NCBI GenBank assembly: GCA_946410555.1
Contig: CAMKAT010000003.1
Coordinates: 5,007-69,006, forward strand
DNA from: an uncultured Bacillales bacterium
GTDB lineage: Bacteria > Bacillota_I > Bacilli_A > RF39 > UBA660
Direction of reading: 5' to 3'
Length of the DNA: 64,000 bases
A program made the translations under genes and the position numbers. The notes under the pieces were generated by a model. It did not search any database. It was given only the letters and a program-made list of their open reading frames with translations, and was not told the DNA's origin. Shown here piece by piece: positions 38,993-47,567 of this stretch (position 1 is the stretch's first letter; every line of letters starts with the position of its first letter).

Positions 38993-39922
38993 CAACTTAT
39001 TTATATATTCATCTATTTTTTCATCTAAATTTTCAATTAAGAGATCACCTGAATGTTTTGTTCCACTGAAGTACTTTTCAGCATTTGATTCATAAGCACT
39101 ATAAAGTTTATTATCTTTATTCATATAGATTTGTTCTAACATGTTAGGCATTTCAAAATTTAAACATTTTTCATTTCTATAATCTTTAATATTTGGATCA
39201 TACTTAACCAGTTTCATATTAGATTTAAATTTATTACCAATTGATGATGATACAAACATATAAGTGCTACCATTATAATCATAAAAAGATAAACCTTGAA
39301 CTAATCCATAGAAGTAACTCTTTTCGTATTCATCTGGATTAATAGATCCATTATCTAATACTTTAAATTTCTTCATGGTTGAAAAAGCTTCAGCTGTATA
39401 ATCACCTAAGAATAAATAACCATCATGATATGCTATGTAAGCAACTGATGTATTTCCATAAACGTTAACTAATCCCTTAGATACATCTAATCTATAGAAT
39501 TTAGGATTAATTACATCATTAACCATAAATTCATCTTTATTATAACCACTGATTGTTCCTTGGATATCTGTAATCCATACTATTTGATTAATTGGATCAT
39601 ATGTAATACCACCAACATGACTGTTATTATTTAGTAATACTTCTTTTACATAATTCATATCTAAATCATAAATTATTACTTTACTCGATTTACTAATTGA
39701 ATCATTATAGGCAGTAACAAATAAATAATCATCTACTTCACATATACCTTGGATAACATATGTATCACTATCTATATCTAATTCTTTTTGAATCATATTC
39801 TTATCAAAAGGAACTTTTTCATTAATTACTCCTTTAGAACCACTTGAGTTTAAAGTAGTCATAAAGACTAATCCTAAGAGTGTTAGTTTCTTTTTAAATT
39901 TAGTATATTTCATAACCTTCAC
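38990..39922 (-). CDS. Exported beta-propeller-like (YncE-like) protein
   Basis: N-terminal signal-like segment; repeated pattern YDPINQIVWITDIQGTISGYNKDE, VAYIAYHDGYLFLGDYTAEAFSTMKKF. Confidence 0.55.
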   Translation of the reverse strand: MKVMKYTKFKKKLTLLGLVFMTTLNSSGSKGVINEKVPFDKNMIQKELDIDSDTYVIQGICEVDDYLFVTAYNDSISKSSKVIIYDLDMNYVKEVLLNNNSHVGGITYDPINQIVWITDIQGTISGYNKDEFMVNDVINPKFYRLDVSKGLVNVYGNTSVAYIAYHDGYLFLGDYTAEAFSTMKKFKVLDNGSINPDEYEKSYFYGLVQGLSFYDYNGSTYMFVSSSIGNKFKSNMKLVKYDPNIKDYRNEKCLNFEMPNMLEQIYMNKDNKLYSAYESNAEKYFSGTKHSGDLLIENLDEKIDEYINKL

Positions 39923-39945
39923 CAGTTTGTTATTATAACAAACCC

Positions 39946-40872
39946 TTACCTTTTAATTCTACTTAATAGACACTTCTTTACATCCTGAATGTGTTCATCA
40001 CTCCACCAAGGAGCGGGGAATGTAAATAAGTCATCATAATCTAGCGATGCAAAGTTGAAATTACTTAAATGTATATTCTTATTATCTAAAATTAAATAAT
40101 CATACTTATCTTTATTCTTCATATATGTATCTAACAGTGTGAATCCAAATCTAGAATTATTATTTTCATTAATATCTCTTACATATATTGGTTTTAAATA
40201 AAGAAGTCTTAAACCATCAATTACAAACTCATGTTTTTCAAGTGTTAAATCATCAGCGAATCTTATACACTCACCATCATCTTCAGTCTTAGGGTTACCA
40301 TTCAATAAAAGATATCCATACCTATATTCTTCTTCATGGAAAATACCATAATTATTAGATACACGTTTAAAGTTTGGACCAAAGTCCTCATACCAATCAC
40401 AGTCATCATATATTATATGTTTTCTTATCTCAGGATGTTCACTTAAATATTTTCTTATAGCTTCCCTTTTATCTAGTCCTGGCTTAGTAGTATCTACTAC
40501 ATAATCTTCCATATCATACACTTTAAAATATCCTTTAAGAAATTCAAATGGATGATTATCTTTCCAATCACTAGATATTACTATGTTAGAACCTGTAACA
40601 TAAAGGAGTTCTTTTAAATAACCAATAGCCATTGGCCTCCAGTCATAGTAAACTGCTCCAATATCGTAATCATACATATTTAAGTATCTTTCATCATGAT
40701 ACTTTTCATATAAATATTTTTTTAATAATTCATTATCATGATCATGCCTTATTTGACCATTTTGAAGAACTCCATAAATATCTAGGAAAATTGTTCTATG
40801 TTCTTCTTTTATTCTTTTAATCTTTTCTAAATCATAATAATTACTTTTATAGAAATCAAAACTCTTATGCAT
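39946..40872 (-). CDS. HAD-superfamily protein, related to 13399..14232
   Basis: TIFLDIYGVLQNG, SNIVISSDWKDNHP, KHIIYDDCDWYEDF. Confidence 0.7.
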   Translation of the reverse strand: MHKSFDFYKSNYYDLEKIKRIKEEHRTIFLDIYGVLQNGQIRHDHDNELLKKYLYEKYHDERYLNMYDYDIGAVYYDWRPMAIGYLKELLYVTGSNIVISSDWKDNHPFEFLKGYFKVYDMEDYVVDTTKPGLDKREAIRKYLSEHPEIRKHIIYDDCDWYEDFGPNFKRVSNNYGIFHEEEYRYGYLLLNGNPKTEDDGECIRFADDLTLEKHEFVIDGLRLLYLKPIYVRDINENNNSRFGFTLLDTYMKNKDKYDYLILDNKNIHLSNFNFASLDYDDLFTFPAPWWSDEHIQDVKKCLLSRIKR

Positions 40873-40896
40873 AACTCACCTATACAACTAATTTTC

Positions 40897-42504
40897 CTAT
40901 ACAACTAATTTTTCAAAATCTTTAGTTCCTTTTACTTTTGCATATAAATATAAAAGATAAGCGATAATCGCAAATATTAATGTTGCTATTAAAACAACTA
41001 AATTAGCATTAACTAATTCTTTTAATTTAAATACCAATCCAATTGATACAAAAGTTAAGAACATTCCTACCATCACAGATATAAATGAAGACATACTTTG
41101 TTTGACTACTTCAGTATCATCTTTAGCATCTAATTTAGGGAATTTAAGATTAACAATAATTCCTATAAGTCCCGAGATTAATGGTAGAATTACTGCACAT
41201 ATAATAAGCAATAATCCAATGAATATATTTATTTTAAAGTTAATAAAACTTACTATTAATCCAATAATCATTATTGGAACTTCCACTGTTAAAGTAGTAT
41301 TTACTTTATACATAATTATATCTATTGGTCTTATTGGTAAACTTTTAAGTATATTAATAGATTTACCTTCCAAAGAAATCATACAACAAGTAAGATTGGT
41401 TAATAATGAGGTAGCTACTACTATTAATAATAATACTATAGGTATATTACCTGTGATATCAAATAGAACTTCTCCATTTTGTGTTGTAAGCATATCCTTA
41501 AACATATCTATTTTAAAGTTAATCATTGCGATTGCAATAATATATATTACAAGTCCAAAACAAGAATTTAATATATATACTGGAGTATTAACAAGTCTTT
41601 TAAGCTCTTTTTTAATAAATGCTTTCCCCCTAGATGTAACTTTAATATTTAAAGAAGTATCTTTATTATGACTACCTATTTTCTTAACTATTTTAATCTT
41701 AGAATTAATACTAAAGTATACATTTTTTAAACTAATAATAAGAATTATAAATGGAATAACATGAAGAAGTATAAAGATTATTAAATCAAGCACTTTAAAA
41801 TTAGTAATTAAATTAACATAAAGACCCGCAGGATAATAAACCTTTATAATAATATCATTAATACTCTTAGCGTTTTCTAGAAGATTATCAAAAAGAGTAC
41901 CCATATTGGACCAAACTATTAAAAGAATTCCAATAAATATAAACGAAATATAAGTTTGCATAATATTTTTATTTTTAAACATTGAAGATAAAAATGCTAT
42001 TACTATTCCTACGATCGTAGAAAGAACAATTGGAATAATTGGTAGTAATAATAAACTTAAAACAGAAATTAAATAATAACTCACCTCTGGATGCACATGC
42101 ACTGCGTAACATGCTAATGCAGGTAATAAGAATAAACTATTAAATATAAGTTCAAATACATAGAACTTTAATACTCTTATAAAGAAAACTGTGCTTCTTT
42201 TAATTGGTAAAGTAAGTAATAAATCATCGTCTTTACAATTAAATAAAAGACCACTACTCTTATAGATACCTTCCATAAATGTCATTATAGTTGTACCTAA
42301 GATAAACATAGTAACTATTACATATTGAAGATTAACTTCATCTAAGACGCTCATTAATTGATCTGCATTTATATAAAATGAAGACATTATTAATAATGCA
42401 AGTATAAATGGTAAGTACTTATATTTGGAAGCATTACCCTTTAATTTAAAGATAGACATATTATCTTTAAGACAAACTTTGATTAAAGTAATTAACTTTT
42501 TCAT
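40897..42504 (-). CDS. ABC-2 type permease (ABC-2/YhaP-like exporter subunit)
   Basis: About 12 TM segments; DDDLLLTLPIKRSTVFFIRVLKFYVFEL and KSLPIRPIDIIMYKV motifs; adjacent ATPase. Confidence 0.85.
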   Translation of the reverse strand: MKKLITLIKVCLKDNMSIFKLKGNASKYKYLPFILALLIMSSFYINADQLMSVLDEVNLQYVIVTMFILGTTIMTFMEGIYKSSGLLFNCKDDDLLLTLPIKRSTVFFIRVLKFYVFELIFNSLFLLPALACYAVHVHPEVSYYLISVLSLLLLPIIPIVLSTIVGIVIAFLSSMFKNKNIMQTYISFIFIGILLIVWSNMGTLFDNLLENAKSINDIIIKVYYPAGLYVNLITNFKVLDLIIFILLHVIPFIILIISLKNVYFSINSKIKIVKKIGSHNKDTSLNIKVTSRGKAFIKKELKRLVNTPVYILNSCFGLVIYIIAIAMINFKIDMFKDMLTTQNGEVLFDITGNIPIVLLLIVVATSLLTNLTCCMISLEGKSINILKSLPIRPIDIIMYKVNTTLTVEVPIMIIGLIVSFINFKINIFIGLLLIICAVILPLISGLIGIIVNLKFPKLDAKDDTEVVKQSMSSFISVMVGMFLTFVSIGLVFKLKELVNANLVVLIATLIFAIIAYLLYLYAKVKGTKDFEKLVV

Positions 42505-42505
42505 A

Positions 42506-43210
42506 TTAATCCTCTAGTTCTAAGAAGACACTCTCTAAAGATTTATCTCCTTTGACTTCTTTCATAGTTCCAACACTTACAAGTTCGCCTTTTTTAATTA
42601 TTCCTACCCTTGAACATAGTTTTTCTGCAACTTCTAGAATATGAGTTGAAAAGAAAATTGTAGTTCCTTTTTTAGTTAATTTTTTCATTATTTCTTTAAC
42701 ATCAAATACTGCTTTTGGATCTAATCCTACGAATGGTTCATCCATAATAAGAACCTTAGGTTCATGTACTAAAGCACATATAAGTGCTATCTTTTGTTTC
42801 ATACCATGAGAGTAAGACTCAATAATATCATTAAGTTTATCATCCATTTCAAATAATTTAGAATATTTAATTATTCTTTCAGTTCTATCACTTTCTGACA
42901 CTTCATACATATCACAAATAAAGTTAATATAATCAATTGCTTTCATTTGCTCATAAAGTTCAGGATTATCTGGAACAAATGCCATTTCTTTTTTACATTC
43001 TACTGGATTTTTCTTTATTGATTTACCATTAATAAGAATACTCCCTGAATCAAATTCTTGAATACCAGTGATACATTTAATTAAAGTTGTTTTACCTGCA
43101 CCATTGTGTCCTATGAATGCAAATATTTCTCCATCACCAACTTTAAACGAAACATTATTAACCGCTATATTATTTCCATATTTTTTAGTTACTTTCTTTA
43201 TCTCTATCAT
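42506..43210 (-). CDS. ABC-2 type transporter ATP-binding protein
   Basis: GHNGAGKTTLIKCITG, ESYSHGMKQKIALICAL, LIMDEPFVGLDP. Confidence 0.95.
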   Translation of the reverse strand: MIEIKKVTKKYGNNIAVNNVSFKVGDGEIFAFIGHNGAGKTTLIKCITGIQEFDSGSILINGKSIKKNPVECKKEMAFVPDNPELYEQMKAIDYINFICDMYEVSESDRTERIIKYSKLFEMDDKLNDIIESYSHGMKQKIALICALVHEPKVLIMDEPFVGLDPKAVFDVKEIMKKLTKKGTTIFFSTHILEVAEKLCSRVGIIKKGELVSVGTMKEVKGDKSLESVFLELED

Positions 43211-43247
43211 TTCTACACCATCCTATGATAATTATACACTAAATTTT

Positions 43248-43285
43248 ACTAATAATAAAAGGAGGATTATTTATCCTCCTTTTTA
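43248..43285 (-). terminator. Intrinsic terminator (overlaps 3' end of 43267..44532)
   Basis: minus strand: AAAAAGGAGGATAAATAATCCTCCTTTTATTATTAG. Confidence 0.75.
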
Positions 43286-44532
43286 TCCTTCTTTACAACT
43301 TTAATTGATTGAGTTTTTTCTAATTCTTCATTAATTTCATCAAGTGTTGTTTTCTTATTCTTTTTATCTAAAAGAATTATTGTAGAAAATGCTAGGACTG
43401 CAACTGAAACTGCAACTACAACTGCAATGATAGCCATTTGTTTTTTATCTATTTTAACAGTTTTAACTTTTTCTTCCTCTTCAACTTCAGTTGTTGGTTC
43501 AGTATCATCATCACCTTCGATATCAGTGTATGGAGCTACTAATTCATCTTCTTCTAAGAATTCAGAAGTCATAGTTGTTACTCTTACCCAACCCAATTTA
43601 TTGTTAAAGAATACTAATACATCAATTGTATCTGTATCACTTGCTCCCATTAGTTCATATACTAAGTTAACTGTAGAAAGTTTAGTTCCTGATGGAATTG
43701 TTTCTAATACTTCAGAACCTTTCATTGTAGAATACATCTTAGTATCTTTTTTAAATAAAATATTAAATTGTCTTTCTTTAAAACTAGTTCCAGGTTTCTT
43801 ACCTTCATTAATTAAATTATATGAATCATTATCATCTAATGTAATCATTTCATTATTTACTTTTATAATTGGAACTGTTGTAATCCATGGATTAGCCCAA
43901 TAATAAATAGTTTCTACAGTATTAGCTTTAATAAGAGTACCATTTAATGTTATATCTTTAGTAATAATTGCTTTTAAAGTTGTAGCATTGACTTCTCTTA
44001 CATTGAAGTGATCATTTTCACCACCATTACCAATGTAGATCCAACCTTTAAGTTCATCTTCTTGGATATAGAAGTAATCACTATAACTTTCTGATTTAGC
44101 AGCATAAAATGCAGTTACTTGTTCACCCTTTGAAATGTGACCAACTTTTTCATAAACACTTGCAGGTCCTGCATAAACATCTAACTTTTCTACAACTACT
44201 TCAAATTCTCTAGTTTTATCTAATTTAAAGATATTCTTATCATTAGGATTTACTGATTGAGTTTTTGGTTTAATAGCTACGATATCTTCACTCTTTAAAT
44301 CATAATAGTTATTCTTATAAACTATTTGATAACTAGTTCCAGAACCAGTTACTACGACAGTATCTCCTTTTTTAAATTTAACAGTTTTATTATTGTAATC
44401 TTTAACAGTTAATCCTGTTTCTGCAATTACTTCAGCTTCAAATTCTCTTATCATAGGTGCTCCTAGATCAGCATGAGCAATCATTGGAACAAACATTGCC
44501 ATAATTAATAATACTTTAATAAAATTTTTCAT
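43267..44532 (-). CDS. SH3-like-domain surface protein with C-terminal TM anchor
   Basis: Signal peptide; REFEVVVEKLDVYAGPASVYEKVGHISKGEQVTAFYAAKSESYSDYFYIQEDELKGWIYIG (bacterial SH3 pattern); C-terminal TM IIAVVVAVSVAVLAFSTIILLDKKNKK. Confidence 0.8.
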   Translation of the reverse strand: MKNFIKVLLIMAMFVPMIAHADLGAPMIREFEAEVIAETGLTVKDYNNKTVKFKKGDTVVVTGSGTSYQIVYKNNYYDLKSEDIVAIKPKTQSVNPNDKNIFKLDKTREFEVVVEKLDVYAGPASVYEKVGHISKGEQVTAFYAAKSESYSDYFYIQEDELKGWIYIGNGGENDHFNVREVNATTLKAIITKDITLNGTLIKANTVETIYYWANPWITTVPIIKVNNEMITLDDNDSYNLINEGKKPGTSFKERQFNILFKKDTKMYSTMKGSEVLETIPSGTKLSTVNLVYELMGASDTDTIDVLVFFNNKLGWVRVTTMTSEFLEEDELVAPYTDIEGDDDTEPTTEVEEEEKVKTVKIDKKQMAIIAVVVAVSVAVLAFSTIILLDKKNKKTTLDEINEELEKTQSIKVVKKDKKEDK

Positions 44533-44591
44533 CTTTCATCTTCCTTCTTTATTATTATATTTTACCTTTTAGTATTTTTTCAATAATATTT

Positions 44592-44942
44592 TTATATATT
44601 AAATATTAATCCTATTCCATAAGACACAGCATTAAGTATTAAAGATAAAACAAATGGATTTAGTTTTCTATATTTCAATGTTTTTAAATAAACTAATCCT
44701 TCAAGTATGACTGCTAATACTTCTAGGATATATATTGAATAACGATATACACTATAATTAAATACTATATATAAAAGTATTGGTAATGTTACTACGATTG
44801 GATTAGTCATTATATTAACAAGTATTATATTTAGAAAATCTCGTTTTTTCCTTACTCCAAAGATAAAAGCTAAACTTACTTCGATTAATATAGTTAGTGT
44901 TAAACATATAATCATTACTAAATATTCATTATTTAGATCCAT
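44592..44942 (-). CDS. Small integral membrane protein
   Basis: 116 aa, 3-4 hydrophobic helices. Confidence 0.65.
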   Translation of the reverse strand: MDLNNEYLVMIICLTLTILIEVSLAFIFGVRKKRDFLNIILVNIMTNPIVVTLPILLYIVFNYSVYRYSIYILEVLAVILEGLVYLKTLKYRKLNPFVLSLILNAVSYGIGLIFNI

Positions 44943-45063
44943 TTCTTACCTCTTTAATAACTAAATATGTAGTTATTCCAATAATTGCTAAAGTAATAAG
45001 AATAGTTATTATAAACAATGTTTCATTCTCCTTTATAAATAAGGGATTAAATATATATTTCAT
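44929..45063 (-). CDS. Small single-TM protein (44 aa), not in ORF track
   Basis: MKYIFNPLFIKENETLFIITILITLAIIGITTYLVIKEVRNGSK*; SD GGAG 5' of ATG; start overlaps MFS stop and its 3' end overlaps start of 44592..44942 (translational coupling). Confidence 0.65.
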   Translation of the reverse strand: MKYIFNPLFIKENETLFIITILITLAIIGITTYLVIKEVRNGSK

Positions 45064-46094
45064 TATTTTTCTCCTTTCAGAATACTTCCTAGAAGTATTG
45101 ATGAAATAATTGAGAATACTATTATCATTATTACATTATATATAAATGTTAGTTTAATAAAGAATATAGGTACTGTTCCTAAGAATAAACCTATTGTTGT
45201 AATACCAAAAGAAAGCCCAGGTTTACTCTTTAATACTGAAAGAATAATACCTAAAGTAATAGACATAGTCATAGAAAATAAACATATACCAAAAAGAGAT
45301 ACTAACATAAGTTTATCTCCACAACAAAGGAATGGTATTGATAAAAGTGTACTTAAAATAGCAACTTTTCTTATTCCAAACTTATCACTTAGTATTCCTC
45401 CGAGTGCTTTGCCTATTCCCATCGTAGTAAATAAAAGAATCATTTCTTGTGTAGTTTTATTCCATGATGTAGGTATTCCATAACCCATATAGCCTCTGAT
45501 AATAACTACAAAGAAAGCAATTAATATAGCTATATATGAATTAACATTCTTCTTTAAAAATGAATACTTAGTATATCCAGTTAGATTCTTCGTTTCTTCA
45601 TGAGTAAGTATTATTAAAGGAATCATTGATACAAGTGGAACAAAAAGAATACTTCCAAAAGTAAGTGAATCTGAAAGAAGTCTACCCACCATTACTCCGA
45701 ATGACCCTCCAGCAACAAAGATTGCAGTGTTGGATAACTTACCGTTTCCGTATTTAATGGTAGCTTCTGCCCCACTTACATGTAAGCATGCATTACCTAA
45801 ACAAATTATAAATAAAGGTATTAATACACTGACATCTATATATAAGAAGAATATATATCCTATAAAGAATAAAAGTATTCCAATTAATCCTATATTAATA
45901 TCTTTTCTTAAATCACTAATGTATCCAATCAAAGCTTGAGGTACAAAAGCAAAAGAATCATATATTAATGGTATAAGCCAAACTATTCCACTTTTATAGT
46001 TACTATAAAGAAAGTAAAAAGATAGAACTTCTACTACAAAATGTATATAAAAATATATAATTCCTATTTTGTTATTATCTATTTTTTTAATCAT
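45063..46094 (-). CDS. MFS-like transporter
   Basis: Multiple TM segments; GIGKALGGILSDKFGIRKVAILSTL (MFS loop-type motif). Confidence 0.75.
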   Translation of the reverse strand: MIKKIDNNKIGIIYFYIHFVVEVLSFYFLYSNYKSGIVWLIPLIYDSFAFVPQALIGYISDLRKDINIGLIGILLFFIGYIFFLYIDVSVLIPLFIICLGNACLHVSGAEATIKYGNGKLSNTAIFVAGGSFGVMVGRLLSDSLTFGSILFVPLVSMIPLIILTHEETKNLTGYTKYSFLKKNVNSYIAILIAFFVVIIRGYMGYGIPTSWNKTTQEMILLFTTMGIGKALGGILSDKFGIRKVAILSTLLSIPFLCCGDKLMLVSLFGICLFSMTMSITLGIILSVLKSKPGLSFGITTIGLFLGTVPIFFIKLTFIYNVIMIIVFSIISSILLGSILKGEK

Positions 46095-46171
46095 TAATTA
46101 TCAACTCTCATACACTAAAATTATAGCATAAACTTTTAGCAAATATACTAGAGTTTTACATATATCATTGG

Positions 46172-46177
46172 TATAAT
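46172..46177 (+). promoter_or_regulatory. Extended -10 promoter of the only plus-strand gene
   Basis: TTGGTATAAT (TGnTATAAT) 7 nt before GTG at 46184. Confidence 0.6.
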
Positions 46178-46183
46178 TAATAC

Positions 46184-47503
46184 GTGAGTATTATGAATAA
46201 AAAAACTGAAAGAAAAACTAAATATAACAAAGTTAAAAGATTAAAAAAACTTAGAATGCTACTTTTAAAGAAAAAACATCAGAAGCTTAAACTCGCAAGA
46301 CTATTTAGTGTAATGAATGCTACTTTCTTAGTACTATTTATTATATCTTGTAATAGTTCTTACCTCTTTAATAAAGTATTCAAATGGATTTTCTTTATAG
46401 CCTTCGTAGCAAGTTTTATTGCATTTATATATTCAATCGTTGGTTATGTGTCTATTGATAGTGATTTAAAACTACCAGTTAAAAGATGGATAATAAATTC
46501 AATTACTATTATCTATATCACAGGATGTGTAATATTTATTAATCTACTTTATGGTCCTTTTCCTAAATTTAGAGAATGGTTAATAACTACTGCGATGGAA
46601 ACTATGAATCATCAGTACTTATGTAGAATATTCTATAATGATACATATATAAATAATTTACTTAGTTCAAACTATATTCTAGAACCTAACGAAGTTATGG
46701 ATACAGATTTAGTTAAAACTAATAAGAACTTATTTGAATATGATGAAAATAATGAATATGAAGTAAAGATGTTCAAGAATCATACTGAAGATGAAATATA
46801 TAGACTTATAAGATTTAAAGTAAATGGTCAAAATGCATATCTTGCTGTAGTATATGATCCAGCCTATTGTGAATTCTTAGCAAGTAAGAATGTACATGTA
46901 AGTGGTGAATATATCGTAGACATGGCAAAAAGAACAAATGCATTAATCGCTGTTAATGGTGGTAGATTTATTGATCCTACCAATAAGAGCAACGGAAACA
47001 ATCCTGCGGGTGTAACAATTCAAAAGCGTAAAATAATAACAGACCATCCTATTGAAAATGGTATGGGTGTTATTGGATTTAATAAAGATAATATATTAGT
47101 ACTTTACAAAAATAAAAATGCTCAAGAACTTCTAGATTTAGGAGTTAGAGATTGTGTTACTTCTATTCCATTCCTAATAGTTAATGGAGTTGCTTCATTT
47201 ACTAAAGGAAGCGGTGGTTATGGCTATGCTGCTAGAACTGCGATTGGACAAAGAAAAGATGGAGTTACATTAATACTTGTAGTTGATTCCAATGAAACTA
47301 GAACTAATGGTGCAAGTATGAAAGACTTAACTGATATAATGCTTAACTATGGTGCTATTAATGCTGCAGCTTTAGATGGTGGTACTTCTACTGTAATGGT
47401 AGAAAAAGGAATTACTATTTCTAGACCTATAAATGCATCTTTAAGAAATGTTACTAGACCAGTTGCTACTGGACTTGTAGTAAATCCAGAAAAATTAAAT
47501 TAA
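46184..47503 (+). CDS. Phosphodiester glycosidase family (NAGPA-like) membrane protein
   Basis: NALIAVNGGRFIDP, NPAGVTIQKRKII, IPFLIVNG, RTAIGQRKDGVTLILVVDS, AALDGGTSTVMV; N-terminal TM segments. Confidence 0.9.
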   Translation: MSIMNKKTERKTKYNKVKRLKKLRMLLLKKKHQKLKLARLFSVMNATFLVLFIISCNSSYLFNKVFKWIFFIAFVASFIAFIYSIVGYVSIDSDLKLPVKRWIINSITIIYITGCVIFINLLYGPFPKFREWLITTAMETMNHQYLCRIFYNDTYINNLLSSNYILEPNEVMDTDLVKTNKNLFEYDENNEYEVKMFKNHTEDEIYRLIRFKVNGQNAYLAVVYDPAYCEFLASKNVHVSGEYIVDMAKRTNALIAVNGGRFIDPTNKSNGNNPAGVTIQKRKIITDHPIENGMGVIGFNKDNILVLYKNKNAQELLDLGVRDCVTSIPFLIVNGVASFTKGSGGYGYAARTAIGQRKDGVTLILVVDSNETRTNGASMKDLTDIMLNYGAINAAALDGGTSTVMVEKGITISRPINASLRNVTRPVATGLVVNPEKLN

Positions 47504-47533
47504 TACATTCTTAATTGAATGTATTTTTTTATG
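47504..47533 (+). terminator. Intrinsic terminator of the plus-strand gene
   Basis: AATACATTC TTAATT GAATGTATTTTTTT. Confidence 0.85.
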
Positions 47534-47537
47534 TAAT

Positions 47538-47565
47538 AAAAAAGGATGACTTTTGTCATCCTAAA
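47538..47565 (-). terminator. Intrinsic terminator of minus-strand gene 47568..49697 (tail-to-tail with the previous one)
   Basis: minus strand: AGGATGACAAAAGTCATCCTTTTTT. Confidence 0.85.
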
Positions 47566-47567
47566 AT

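Noticed and set aside
43267-44532. Treating the SH3-like surface protein as a further cohesin/scaffold protein
   Set aside because: Its repeated module has the short SH3 pattern (VYAGPASxYEKVGHIxKGExV...GWIYIG), not a ~140-aa beta-sandwich.
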